Source: an uncultured Methanomicrobiaceae archaeon (GTDB lineage: Archaea > Halobacteriota > Methanomicrobia > Methanomicrobiales > Methanoculleaceae). From it: a stretch of DNA of 64,000 nucleotides. Positions 45,013-55,912 of the stretch are shown here, one piece after another. Each line of letters opens with the position of its first letter. The stretch's first letter is position 1. The translations under genes were made by a program, and so were the position numbers. Where the stretch lies: assembly GCA_963826525.1 (NCBI GenBank), contig CAWGXH010000004.1:128001-192000 (forward strand). The letters are read 5' to 3'. The notes below the pieces were generated by a model that worked only from the letters and a program-made list of their open reading frames with translations, made no database searches and was not told where the DNA came from.

Positions 45013-46020
45013 TCACAGTTTTATTCGTGTAAATTCGATATATCTGACGTCGATACTCTGTACACAGCCAAACAGCATCTTCTTTTTGACGCTGTGGGCG
45101 AGCCTGACCGACCGGGAGATGGTGCTCATCGGGAGCGAGACGCCGGACGGCATCGCATGCACCAGCATCTCCGAGTGCGTCTTCTTCCCGGAGTAGACCC
45201 GGAAGTGATGGCCGAACTTATATCCGGTTCTCGGGATGTAGCCTTTGTCCCGGAGATCCGCATACACACGCTCCTTCTCGCGGATCTCAACGTCCTTCTC
45301 GCCCACAGTCTCTACAAATGTATCGGCGTCGATTGCCGCGCCGTCCGACCGGAGGAGAAGAGCTTCACGCCGAACGAGGTAGATCGTCTCGACGGGTCGG
45401 AGCATCAGTCGTTCCGCATCAAGCCTTTTCCCATACCAGTCCTCCTCAAGGGCGGAGCCAGGAGGGAGATGCGCAAGCGCGTACGTTCCGTAGACGGCTG
45501 CGTTCACCGGTTCGCCGTGAGACGGAGGGGCAATCTCCGGCAGATTCTGAACCTTGACCTCGTAGTAGGTGAGCTCGTCCTCGTCGTCCACGACGGCGAG
45601 GACATACTGTTTGCGCATATTGGTTGCGGCGAGGACATCCTCGCTGAGTCTCTCAAAGTCGATGAGATCTCGCTCGGAGAGCACGCGGACGAGGTACTGT
45701 GATCTCCCGCCGCCCGGTTTGTGCCCCCGGCGAAACACCCGGAAGTCGTGGGGGCCGGGCTGCACCACATACCCCCGCTCACGGATATCCCGGTAGACGA
45801 GGTAACTCCTGATGAAGTTCTGCTGACCGGCAAAGTACCCGAGCAGTGCATCGAAGCCGTACTCCTGCACCTCGATCTTGCCGCGCTCAATAAGGTACAG
45901 AGCCTCCTGCGGTGCAAGCCGCAGTCCTCCCCCTTCCTGTCTGCCGTATCCGCCCTGTTCGTAGAAGGTGCGCCCTTCCCCGCCGAGCCGCACCCATGCC
46001 CCGTCGAATATCGCCTTCAC
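45013..46020 (-). CDS. endA: tRNA splicing endonuclease (two-repeat homodimeric type)
   Basis: Two endonuclease repeats; catalytic GYKFGHHFRVY, HSE, RLAHSVKK. Confidence 0.93.
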   Translation of the reverse strand: MKAIFDGAWVRLGGEGRTFYEQGGYGRQEGGGLRLAPQEALYLIERGKIEVQEYGFDALLGYFAGQQNFIRSYLVYRDIRERGYVVQPGPHDFRVFRRGHKPGGGRSQYLVRVLSERDLIDFERLSEDVLAATNMRKQYVLAVVDDEDELTYYEVKVQNLPEIAPPSHGEPVNAAVYGTYALAHLPPGSALEEDWYGKRLDAERLMLRPVETIYLVRREALLLRSDGAAIDADTFVETVGEKDVEIREKERVYADLRDKGYIPRTGYKFGHHFRVYSGKKTHSEMLVHAMPSGVSLPMSTISRSVRLAHSVKKKMLFGCVQSIDVRYIEFTRIKL

Positions 46021-46115
46021 TCCATCAGTATTGGAAGTGAACGGTCATTAAATCAATTGCCGCACTACCGGAAGGCCACCGGGTTTGGCGAAGAGGAAAG
46101 TGAACAAAGAATTTC

Positions 46116-46622
46116 TTGGAGACAGAGCCGCAGATGAGTACGGTAGCCATAACAGGAAGCAATTCCCCGCCCGGATTTCGGATTTGCGTGCTTATTGCGC
46201 CTCTTATCGCCACCCAGTTCTTCACCGTGCAAGGTGCCGCTGCAGAGGAAGCACCCCCTGTTGAGTGGAATAAAACCTTCGGCATCGACCTCCGAAACAA
46301 ATTCGAGCAGGTTTAACAGACTCCTGACGGCGGATACCTGATCGGCGGGCAGGTCAACGACGATGCAGTCGCGATCAGGACGGACGACCAGGGGGACGTG
46401 CAGTGGAACAGAACATTCCAGCGCGGTGCCGCCTATGCCGCCGATCTGACCAAAGACGGCGGGTATATCCTCGCCTGCATCACGTTTCCGGAGGCGGGCA
46501 TGACGGATGCGTGGCTTGCGAAACTGCAGGATCTCCGGCAGTCGGATCAGGCTTTCCCCGGGTTCGGTCTCCTCACTGCAGTGGGGGCATTCGGAGTTCT
46601 GCTCTTTCTGCGCAGGCGATAA
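46116..46622 (+). pseudogene. Short PGF-CTERM surface protein interrupted by an in-frame TAA (46314-46316)
   Basis: VEWNKTFG...V*QTPDGGYLIGG...QWNRTF...KDGGYILA...AWLAKL...FPGFGLLTAVGAFGVLLFLRRR; both halves in the same frame. Confidence 0.65.
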
Positions 46623-46754
46623 GCCTTGCGAGAACATCTGCGAGGGCGCTTCAAAAACCCCATCCCCTCCGGGAACAGGAGGCCGACGCCCCGCACATTG
46701 ACTTTACTCCATTTTCTCCATCATAAAGATGGAATCGAAAAGAAAAAGGTGGGG

Positions 46755-49700
46755 TTACTGCCTGTGCCGCGCCGTGTAGATGTATGCTCCGCCGACCAGA
46801 ACGAAGAGAGCACACAGCCCGATTGCGATCTGCATGAACGGTAATCCTCCGCTGCTGTCTGTCGTCCCGGAGTCGGCCGAGACTACGAACCCCGCAGCAA
46901 GGGGATCGGCGACCGGCGGCTCGGTGAAGAGCGCATAGATGCTGAAGTGATCGATCGATGCCGAGACCGTCCGGTTTGCATCGTCTACCGTCGCCGGAAT
47001 ATCTTCCCACACCCCGGCAATCCCGTTATACCACTTCACCGAAAATATGCTGTTTCCGGCGATATGCTCGTCCCATATCTCATCAGGGAGTGTGAACGTC
47101 ACCGTGACGGCAGGGTCGAAGGATGCACCGTCGGGCCCGAACCGGTAGGCGTATCCGGAAACAAGTACAGCGGTTCCATCGGGCGAGGCGGGAAGATCTG
47201 CCGCATCAATGGGATCGACGCTGATACTTTCAAGGGAAGTCCCGTTATCGCAGAGAGCCCTGACCCCTTCGTCGAGGAAAAGGGCAGTCACGTTGTCGGA
47301 TGATACGAAGACCATCCGCTGAGTCGCTATCCCGGACGCGTTCACCCCGATGGGAGTAACCGTCTCGTTAGTGGCGACCGGCTCCGGCGCTACGGTCGGC
47401 GTAGGAGTCGACGTGGAATGGGACCTGCCACTCCCACCGCCGCCACCACCGCTGCTCGATACAACAGGGGCCGGCGATACCGAGATATTCCAGGCCGCTT
47501 CCGTCGTGTTCTCTCCGGCCGGATTGCTGACGGTCAGGGAAACAGTGAACGTCCCCGCCGGGTATGCATGGGACGGATTCTGTTCCGTCGAGGTCGAACC
47601 GTCACCGAAGTCCCAGAGCCACGAGGTCGGAACGCCGATGGATGTGTCGGTGAACCCCACGGTGAGCGGAGCCGTGCCGCTGGATGCATCCGCCGTGAAG
47701 TTTGCCGAGGGCGGGACGAAGAGCTGGATATACCCGGCTTTTTCTTCGGTCGCACTGCCGACGGCATTCGTCACCGTCAGTGAAACGGTGTATGTCCCTG
47801 CTACAGTATAGGTGTGAACCGGGTTCTGCTCAGTCGAGGTCTGATTATCGCCGAAGTCCCAGGACCACGAGGTCGGGTCGTCGGTCGATGCGTCGATGAA
47901 TGCAACGGTCAGAGGCACTCCCCCTTCCGTCACGTTCGCCTCGAAGAGCACTCCGGGCAGGACGGTTGCAGTGATAGAGTCGGTCTCGACCCGGGTGTCA
48001 TTTGAAAGGGCGTTCGTTACGGTCATTGAGACGGTGTACACGCCTCCTGCAGTATAGACATGGACCGGGTTCTGCTCAGTCGAGGTCTGATTATCGCCGA
48101 AGTCCCAGGACCACGAGGTCGGACTGCCTACTGATGTGTCGGTGAACCCGACGGCGAACGGCACCACACCTCCGGTCACATTGACCTCAAAAGATGCGGA
48201 CACCGGTTCGATCACCGTTATGACCTGCTCCTCGATGTCGCTGCCTGCCGCATTGGTTGCGTTCAGCGTGACCGTATACGTGCCCGTCGCGGTATAGGTG
48301 TGAGAAGCATTCTGCTCGGTCGAGGTCGCACCGTCACCGAACTCCCAGGACCACGAGGTCGGGTCGCCGGTCGATCTGTCGGTGAACTGCACGGTGAGCG
48401 GGGCCATGCCGGAAGAGACATTCGCATCGAAGGCTGCACCGGGAAGCACGCCAACCCTGATCAGGTCGGGCTTCTCTTCAGGTACTGCTCCCGAACTCAT
48501 TTGTTGCATTCAGAGAGACCGTATACATACCTTCTGCAGTATAGGTGTGGACCGGGCTCTGCTCATCTGAGGTCGCGCCGTCACCGAAGTCCCAGGACCA
48601 TGAGGTCGGACTGCCGGTTGATGTGTCGGTGAACCCGACAGTAAGCGGCGTTGTGCCCGAGGTCGCATTCGCCGTGAAGGACGCTGTCACCGGCTCGGCC
48701 ACCGTTATGATGCCGATCCGCTCCTCGATGTCGCTGCCCGCCGCGTTGGTTGCGTTCAGCGTGACCGTATACGTGCCCGTCGCGGTATAGGTATGAGAAG
48801 CATTCTGCTCGGTCGAGGTCGCACCGTCACCGAACTCCCAGGACCACGAGGTCGGGTCGCCGGTCGATCTGTCGGTGAACTGCACAGTGAGCGGAGCCAT
48901 GCCGGAAGAGACATTCGCGTCGAAGGCTGCATCGGGAAGCACGGCAACCCGGATCAGGTCGGGCTTCTCTTCAGTACTGCTCTCGAACTCATCTGCTACG
49001 GTCAGCGAGACCGTATACGTGCCTACTTCCGTATAGATGTGGAGCGGGTTCTGCTCATCCGAGGTCGAACCGTCACCAAAGTCCCAGAGCCACGAGGTCG
49101 GAACGCCGGTCGATTCATCGGTAAACTGCACGTCAAGCGGCATCTCGCCGCCTGTCGGCGATGCGGAGAAAGAGGCCACCGGGGCATCGCCGCCTGTGAC
49201 CGTATAGAGGTAAATGTCAGCGTTGCTGTTGCCGTTCCTGCGATCCTCCCAGACAACCCGGTTCCCGGAGACTGAGGGGAGCCACTGATTGGCGGTCGCG
49301 GTCGTGATGAGCGTCTCGGTCTTGGTGAGGCGGTCGTAGATGCAGATATCCCAGAAGTAGAACCCATTGTGGTTCCTGTAGTCCTCCCATGCGATCAGGT
49401 TGCCGTCGATCACCGGCGAGACCTGGGAAGTGGCGTTGTCCGTGATCTGCTCCTCAACACGGGTAGCAAAGTCATACAGATAGATATCCGCATTCCCATT
49501 CCGTTCATCCTCCCACAGGATGATATCACCGGATATCGCCGGGTAGGTCTGGCGAGCGGGATCGTCGGTGATCCGGATCTGTTTATCCTCCGCGATATCG
49601 TAGGCGTATATCTCGCCGTTGCCGTCCCGGTTATCTTCCCAGGCCACCAAGTTTCCTGATATCGCAGGCCACCAGGTCGTGACGGCGTTGCAGGGTATCA

Positions 49701-50172
49701 GGACCTCCATGCCGGTCGGGATATCATAGAGGCAGATGTGCATCCCGCTGTTTCGAACGTCGTACCAGACGACCTTATCACCGGAGACAACCGGGTGCCA
49801 CTGGCTGGCCGTCGCGCTGGTAAGTTGAATCTCCTGATCGGTCGTGAGATCGTACAGGTAGATATCCAGGTTTCCGTTCCGGTTATCCTCCCAGACGATC
49901 CGGTTGCCCGAGACTGAAGGGTAATTTGGAAGAGCCGAATCGGTCGTTATCCGCGTCTCCGCATCGGTTGCGAGATCGTAGAGATAGATCTCCCCGTCGC
50001 CGCTTCGGTAATCGGTCCAGACAATGAGATTGCCGTCGATGTCGGGTCTGATCTGCTGTCCCGGCGCCGTACAGATCGGCGTTTCGCTACCGGGAGCAGC
50101 GAGAGTCGGCAGTACCAGCAGCGATGCCGCCAGGACTGCGCAGAGTAGAATATGTCGTGTATCGTGTACCAT
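46755..50172 (-). CDS. Cell-surface protein: signal peptide, beta-propeller repeats, seven PKD domains, Gly/Ser linker, C-terminal TM anchor (frameshift at about 48481)
   Basis: Repeated P.ISG..IVWED.RNG..DIYLYD; repeated FTD.STG.PTSW.WDFGDG.TS.EQNP.H.Y; hydrophobic tail followed by RHR. Confidence 0.92.
48228..48992. repeat. Near-identical ~270-bp internal duplication of a PKD module (about 48228-48500 vs 48721-48992)
   Basis: Direct alignment by eye; offset 492-493 bp, i.e. two PKD domains. Confidence 0.85.
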
Positions 50173-50440
50173 TCGTTGATCACCATGGATGAGAGCATTC
50201 CCCCTATGCATCCTCACACGTTGGTTCGGCAATTGCATGATCGGCAGAGCGGCATGGGTGCGATACGTTCGTCACGTTGCAGCCCTCTGCCGACCCTAAG
50301 GGTGATGGGGAGAGCACCTTTATCACATATAAAAGTATCTCAGCACGAGAGGTGATGGGGAGGAGCTGTTCGGGAAACGAGTATTATAAAAATAGTAGAA
50401 TATTATGCGGAACCCTGTCTGGCCTGTAGGGGATCGGCTA

Positions 50441-51286
50441 TCAGGGCCTGGCAAGTTCCCTGACAACGGAGATGTTCCCTGCATCGTCACGCCGCTCATC
50501 CACCGGGGTTTCGCAGATCAGCGGCAGATCGCGCACAGCCGGATGATGGAGGAGGAGACGGAACCCCTCCTCGCCGATACACCCAAGACCGATATGCTCA
50601 TGCCGGTCGAGATGGCTGCCGAGGTCTCCCTTCGTATCGTTCAGGTGAATCACCCGCAGGTGCGCGAGATCAATCCGGTCGTCGAAGATCCCGAATGTCT
50701 CTTCGATACCGTCCTCGGTCCGGAGTTCATAGCCTGCCGCGAAGGCGTGACAGGTATCGAAGCAGATACCGATACGGCTCAGATTCTCGATGCCGTCCAT
50801 GATCCGGCGGATGTCGTCGGCAGTCGTCCCCACACTGTTCTTATCCCCCGCCGTATTCTCGAGGAGCAGCATTACATCGGTATCCGTATCGGCGAGCGCC
50901 CGGTTGACGGCATCGGCCACCCGCTGCATCCCGATCTTGACCCCAACGCCGCCGTGGTGCCCGAGATGGGTGACCAGGTATGGGATACCGAGCGCCCCGC
51001 ACCGCTCGAGCTCGGCGGTCAGCGTCCCGACGGCCTTTTCGAAGTTCTCATCGTTCGACGTCGCCAGGTTCGGAAGATAGGGCATATGATCGATGACGGG
51101 GTGGAGATTTACCGAGGATACCCGGTTCCTGAACGCCGCCACGGCGTCCGCATCCAGTTCCTTCGCTTTCCAGCCCCGCGGGTTTCTCGAAAAGATCTGA
51201 AACGTATCGCAGCCCCGCTCCTCTGCCCTCTCTATCGCCAGCTCGATCGATCCGGCGATCGAGACGTGGCATCCAACCCGCACCAT
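50441..51286 (-). CDS. nfo: Endonuclease IV
   Basis: GCHVSIAG, QIF, HMPYLPNL, ENTAG, DTCH, HLND, DRHEHIG, ETP. Confidence 0.95.
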   Translation of the reverse strand: MVRVGCHVSIAGSIELAIERAEERGCDTFQIFSRNPRGWKAKELDADAVAAFRNRVSSVNLHPVIDHMPYLPNLATSNDENFEKAVGTLTAELERCGALGIPYLVTHLGHHGGVGVKIGMQRVADAVNRALADTDTDVMLLLENTAGDKNSVGTTADDIRRIMDGIENLSRIGICFDTCHAFAAGYELRTEDGIEETFGIFDDRIDLAHLRVIHLNDTKGDLGSHLDRHEHIGLGCIGEEGFRLLLHHPAVRDLPLICETPVDERRDDAGNISVVRELARP

Positions 51287-51327
51287 TGCAGTCACCTATG
51301 GAGCAAAAGAGATGTTAGGTATTCCCA

Positions 51328-52299
51328 TCAGGGGCCGATCAGAGCCTCGAGCTCGCCGAGAACAGCCTTGCCAAACTCCCGTGTTCCGGTCGCCCCCCCG
51401 AGATCGGGTGTCCGGACGCCCTTCGCAACGGTCAGCCGAACGGCCTCTTCGACCGTTGTTGCATGTTCCGTGTCCCCGAAGTGCCGCAGCATCATTGCGC
51501 CGCTCTTGATCGCCGCTATCGGGTTTGCGACGTTCTTCCCGGCGATATCCGGGGCACTTCCGTGAACCGGTTCGAAGAACGCATGCGTATCGCCGATGTT
51601 GGCGCTCGGGAGCAGCCCGAGCCCCCCGACGAGGTACGCGGCGGCGTCGCTCAGGATATCCCCGAACATGTTGGTCGTGACGATGACATCGTAGCGGGCA
51701 GGGTGCATCAGGATGTCGAGGCAGAGTGCATCGATATAGTGGGCTTTGTACGGCACCCCCGCTTCTTCGGCCTCGCTTGAGCAGATCCCGAGGAAGAAAG
51801 CGTCCGACTTGAGAACGTTCGCTTTGTTGCCGATCGTCAGGTGCCGCCGCTGCTTTGCAAGGGTGCAGGCGCACCGGGCAATCCGCCGGCTCCCCTTCTC
51901 CGTAATCACCCGCAGGGTGCAGGCGCGGTCGGCCTCCCGCCACTCGATCCCCGAGTAGAGACCTTCGGTATTCTCCCGCACGATGACGAGATCGAACCCG
52001 TCACCGCGGATCGGGCGGATGTTGGCATAGAGGTCGAGTTCATGCCGGATCTGCAGAAGGACGCTCCGGTACTCCGGGTCGGGAGGTGTCGTCACGGCAC
52101 CGAAGAGGATCGCGTCGGCCGACCTGAGGCGCTCCATCGTCTCCGCATCGCAGGCACTCCCCGTCCGCTTCCATCGCCCGTAGCCGACCTCGACGTCGTA
52201 TAACGAAAAATCCGGCCTGACCGCCTCGATGACGGCACGGGCAACCGGGATAACCTCCTGCCCGATACCGTCCCCTTCAACAACCGCTATCTGCACCAT
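51328..52299 (-). CDS. aksF: Isocitrate/isopropylmalate dehydrogenase family; homoisocitrate dehydrogenase AksF by context
   Basis: EGDGIG, RENTEGLY, KANVL, NMFGDILSD, EPVHGSAPDIAG; context with aksA/D/E (leuB not excluded). Confidence 0.75.
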   Translation of the reverse strand: MVQIAVVEGDGIGQEVIPVARAVIEAVRPDFSLYDVEVGYGRWKRTGSACDAETMERLRSADAILFGAVTTPPDPEYRSVLLQIRHELDLYANIRPIRGDGFDLVIVRENTEGLYSGIEWREADRACTLRVITEKGSRRIARCACTLAKQRRHLTIGNKANVLKSDAFFLGICSSEAEEAGVPYKAHYIDALCLDILMHPARYDVIVTTNMFGDILSDAAAYLVGGLGLLPSANIGDTHAFFEPVHGSAPDIAGKNVANPIAAIKSGAMMLRHFGDTEHATTVEEAVRLTVAKGVRTPDLGGATGTREFGKAVLGELEALIGP

Positions 52300-53098
52300 C
52301 GCATCGCCACCTCCTCGCAACCTCCGTCACCGCACCTGCAATCGCCGCCGGCGGTGCGCCCCAGTGCACCACGGCACCGAACTTTCCGTCGTACGTTCCG
52401 ACTCCTTCCCGCTCACTCCTGCAGCAGCGGGCGATGAACGGTTCCTGCTCCACCGCAGAGAGCGGGCAGGTGTTCTCGAGTTCGAACGCCTCGCCGTAAC
52501 ACTCCCGGACAAGGTCCCTGCCGGTCATGCACCCGGCCACCCGGTCGCCGCCGTGCACGGCATCCGCATCGAGCGTCCGGGAAAAACCCGCTGCACGGCA
52601 GGGATAGAGATCGGCATCGATCTCCGCGATATCCCGGAGGTGCTCCACAAAGACCACCTCAAGGTCGCCGAAGAGACCGCATGCTTCGAGGTCTTTGATG
52701 GTGGCGGCAAGGTGGGGGCGGGGAGGCTGTATATCGTAGACGTGCAGGCGGAGAAATCCGGAGAGGTCGGGATCGAGGACAAACGACGTATGCTCGTCGT
52801 ATCCCGTGAAGACGGTGCAGCGCCGCCCGGACAGGAGCGCCTTCTCGACGAGGCCCCGTCGGTCATGGAGCTGCACCCGATCCGGATAGCAGACGACGTC
52901 GTCTCCTGCGGCAAGAACGCGCATCGCGATCACCTCCCGCATCAGCCCTACCCCGGTCCGGTCGAGCTCGACTTCGAGTACCTCGTGCCCGTTCTCCGTC
53001 TCGCGGATGATGTAGCGGGTCAGGAAGTAGACCAGTTCGCCGCACGGACGATGGCCGGCATCGTATCCGACCTCTTTGCAGTGTGCGGGGAAGATCAC
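52277..53098 (-). CDS. Cys-rich hypothetical protein
   Basis: GTG start overlaps the upstream TGA; FPAHCKEVG, PCRAAG, GCMTG..ECYG..NTCP, ARCCRSE. Confidence 0.75.
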   Translation of the reverse strand: MIFPAHCKEVGYDAGHRPCGELVYFLTRYIIRETENGHEVLEVELDRTGVGLMREVIAMRVLAAGDDVVCYPDRVQLHDRRGLVEKALLSGRRCTVFTGYDEHTSFVLDPDLSGFLRLHVYDIQPPRPHLAATIKDLEACGLFGDLEVVFVEHLRDIAEIDADLYPCRAAGFSRTLDADAVHGGDRVAGCMTGRDLVRECYGEAFELENTCPLSAVEQEPFIARCCRSEREGVGTYDGKFGAVVHWGAPPAAIAGAVTEVARRWRCDGADSGC

Positions 53099-53565
53099 CG
53101 CTGCGACCTCCAGTACCCGACAAGGCCGCCTGCCGCCAGGATCTCGACCATTCGCGGTGAGAGAGGGCGGGCAGAGTATCGTGCACCGTCCACCTCGACC
53201 CACCCCTCATCGAGGTCGAACCGGACAAGCGCCCCTTCGACACAGGGAAGATCGGCCTCGATAACGGGGAGGCCGATATTGATCGCATTTCTAAAGAAGA
53301 TACGGGCAAACGAAGGGGCGACGATCCCGACAACCCCGGCCTCCCGAAGAGCGATGACCGCCTGTTCCCGGGACGAGCCGCAACCCATGTTCTTCCCTGC
53401 GACGACCACGGCACCGGCGAGACGGCCTGCGAGGGCCGGGTCGAGGTCTTCAAGGACGTGCTCCGCCCAGACAGAGCGGTCTTTGGTGCGGAGGTAGCGA
53501 CCGGCGATGATGACGTCGGTGTCGATATCGCTGCCGAGGCAGACGGCACGGCCTTCACCGTACAT
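53095..53565 (-). CDS. aksE: Homoaconitase / isopropylmalate dehydratase small subunit
   Basis: DIDTDVIIAGRYLRT (YLRT loop typical of methanogen HacB), GCGSSREQA, FARIFFRNAINIG. Confidence 0.85.
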   Translation of the reverse strand: MYGEGRAVCLGSDIDTDVIIAGRYLRTKDRSVWAEHVLEDLDPALAGRLAGAVVVAGKNMGCGSSREQAVIALREAGVVGIVAPSFARIFFRNAINIGLPVIEADLPCVEGALVRFDLDEGWVEVDGARYSARPLSPRMVEILAAGGLVGYWRSQR

Positions 53566-54776
53566 TATGGAGCCTCCGGTTCGGTTATCGTGCCGGTAAG
53601 AGCACTTGCCGCTGCGGTGGCAACCGACGAGAGGTAGATCTCGCCGCCCACGCCCATCCGGTTCTTGAAGTTCCGGTTGGCGGTCGATAGGCAGACCTCG
53701 CCCTCGCCCAGCACCCCGGTGTGGGCGCCGAGGCAGGGCCCGCAGCCGGGAGTTCCCACACTGCAGCCCGCTTCCACGATATCCGCAAGGGCGCCGGACT
53801 GTGCGGCCGCCTGGAGCACGGCCCGTGATGCGGGCACGACGATCGTCCTGACCGCGACCTTCTCCCCGCGCACGATCCGGGCAAATCGTTGCAGGTCTTC
53901 GAATCTGCCATTGGTGCAGGTTCCGACGAAGACCTGATCGAGCGGTATCCCGGCAACCTCCGCTACTTCGCGGACGGTATCCACCCGGTGCGGCACCGCG
54001 ACCAGGGGGGTGATCGCCCCGAGATCGAACTCGAGAGATTGTACGTACTTCGCCTCCTCCGGCGCCTGACGCCCGGCGGCGACGCCGCATCCCGCAAGAT
54101 AGCGGACCGTGGTGGTATCGGCATAGAACATCCCGGTCTTCGCGCCGGTCTCGACGGCCATATTGCAGAGGGTGAGCCTTCCGGCCATGGAGATATCTGC
54201 CGCCGCTTCGCCCACGAACTCGAGCGCCCGGTACGACGCTCCGTCCATACCGAGCCTCCCGACGTAAGCGAGCGCCAGATCTTTCGGTTCTGCCGCTCCC
54301 TGCAGGTGGCCGGTGAGGGAGAGTTCGATCGTCTCCGGCACTCTAAACCAGGTGGAGCCTGACGCCCAGATCGCGGCCATATCCGTCGCACCCACCCCGG
54401 TCGCAAACGCCCCGAAGGCACCGAGGGTGCAGGTGTGCGAGTCGGCACCGACAACGATCTGCCCGGGAAGGACGACTCCTTCGCTTAAGACCTGGTGGCA
54501 GATACCCCCGCCGACGTCGGAGAACGCGAGGCCGGCGGAGCAGGCGTACTCCCGCAGTTCCTTCTGCAGGTTCGCCGTCGTCGAGGTGTTTGCAGGAACG
54601 ATATGGTCGAAGATGAGGTGCACCCGCTCGGGGCAGGGCAGCATCTCCACTCCCATCTCCCGGAGCGTCTCCCGCGTGAGAACCCCGGTCCCGTCGTGGG
54701 CGAAGGCAAGATCGACGGCACGATCCACGTACGCTCCTTCGGCCGCCCCGAGGATACGTTCGGCGAGGGTACTCAT
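53565..54776 (-). CDS. aksD: Homoaconitase / isopropylmalate dehydratase large subunit
   Basis: HDGT, DH, GICHQ, GADSHT, GTCTNGR, CGPCLG, STANRNF. Confidence 0.85.
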   Translation of the reverse strand: MSTLAERILGAAEGAYVDRAVDLAFAHDGTGVLTRETLREMGVEMLPCPERVHLIFDHIVPANTSTTANLQKELREYACSAGLAFSDVGGGICHQVLSEGVVLPGQIVVGADSHTCTLGAFGAFATGVGATDMAAIWASGSTWFRVPETIELSLTGHLQGAAEPKDLALAYVGRLGMDGASYRALEFVGEAAADISMAGRLTLCNMAVETGAKTGMFYADTTTVRYLAGCGVAAGRQAPEEAKYVQSLEFDLGAITPLVAVPHRVDTVREVAEVAGIPLDQVFVGTCTNGRFEDLQRFARIVRGEKVAVRTIVVPASRAVLQAAAQSGALADIVEAGCSVGTPGCGPCLGAHTGVLGEGEVCLSTANRNFKNRMGVGGEIYLSSVATAAASALTGTITEPEAP

Positions 54777-55912
54777 GCTCCCGTGACCCCCTTCGCCCGT
54801 TTCAGAATATCACAGAGGACATCCGGCGTGATGCTGCATTTGCCTTCACCGCAGATCTTGATCTGATCCAGCACCCACCGGAGCTGACCGTCGTTCAGGG
54901 TGAATCCGTGCGCCTTTGCCACATGCTCGACGGCACGTCTCCCCGTATGCTTGCCGAGGATGAACCGCCGCTCGCCGCCGACGAGCTCGGGCATGATATA
55001 CTCATACGTCAGCGGGTCTTCGAGAATTGCCGCGATATGAATTCCGCTCTCGTGGGCGAAGGCGTGCTCCCCGACAATCGGCTTCGTTTTTGCAGGAAGG
55101 ATCCCGGAAACCTGCGCAACGTACCGGGAGAGATCGGTGAGACCCGCAAGGTCGTAGCGGTCGATACCGCCTTTCATGCGGAGGGCGACCAGCACCTCTT
55201 CGAGGGCTGCGTTCCCGGCACGCTCGCCGATCCCGTTGACGGTCGTGTGGAGCTGGTAGGCTCCCGTAGCCGCCGCCGTTATGGTATTGGCGGAGGCGCA
55301 CCCGAGATCGTTGTGGCAGTGCACGCAGAGAGGGTGGTCCACCGCACCGGTGATCGTCGTCACGGCCTGCTGCATCTCGAGGGGTGTTAAGCACCCCACC
55401 GTATCGGCAAAACTGACGAGATCGGCGCCGTGCTCGGCGCCCCGGGTGTACATCTCGATGAGGAATGCGATATCGGTGCGGGAGGCATCCTCGGCGGCGA
55501 ATCGCACCTGGACGCCGTGATCCGAGGCGTATTCCACCATCGCGAGGGCATCTTCGAGCACCTGCTCCCGGGGCTTGCGGTATTTGTGCCTGATATGCAG
55601 GTCCGACGTTGCGATGAAGATGCTGACCATATCGACGTCGCAGTCGATAGCGGTCTCGACGTCGGCTTTCAGCGCTCTGGCGAGACAGCAGATGCGGGAG
55701 GAGAGGCCGCTTCGCGCAATGGCGGTGACGCAGTCCTTCTCCGAGGGAGAGACAACCGGAAATCCCGCTTCGATCACCTCGACGCCGACGGCGTCGAGGC
55801 GTTCTGCGATCTTCATCTTCTCTTCACAGGTAAACGATACGCCGGGAGTCTGCTCTCCGTCTCGCAGCGTCACGTCACAGATCTCAATATGCCACGGTTT
55901 CATGTCGTCCAT
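54773..55912 (-). CDS. aksA: Homocitrate / trans-homoaconitate synthase (no C-terminal regulatory domain)
   Basis: DVTLRDGEQ, ADTVG, HCHND, GIGERAGN, HESGIH, GKHTG; about 380 aa. Confidence 0.85.
   Translation of the reverse strand: MDDMKPWHIEICDVTLRDGEQTPGVSFTCEEKMKIAERLDAVGVEVIEAGFPVVSPSEKDCVTAIARSGLSSRICCLARALKADVETAIDCDVDMVSIFIATSDLHIRHKYRKPREQVLEDALAMVEYASDHGVQVRFAAEDASRTDIAFLIEMYTRGAEHGADLVSFADTVGCLTPLEMQQAVTTITGAVDHPLCVHCHNDLGCASANTITAAATGAYQLHTTVNGIGERAGNAALEEVLVALRMKGGIDRYDLAGLTDLSRYVAQVSGILPAKTKPIVGEHAFAHESGIHIAAILEDPLTYEYIMPELVGGERRFILGKHTGRRAVEHVAKAHGFTLNDGQLRWVLDQIKICGEGKCSITPDVLCDILKRAKGVTGA

Noticed and set aside
51328-55912. Leucine biosynthesis operon (leuABCD)
   Set aside because: The synthase lacks the LeuA/CimA regulatory domain and the small subunit has the YLRT loop, favouring Aks enzymes. 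Not fully excluded without phylogeny.
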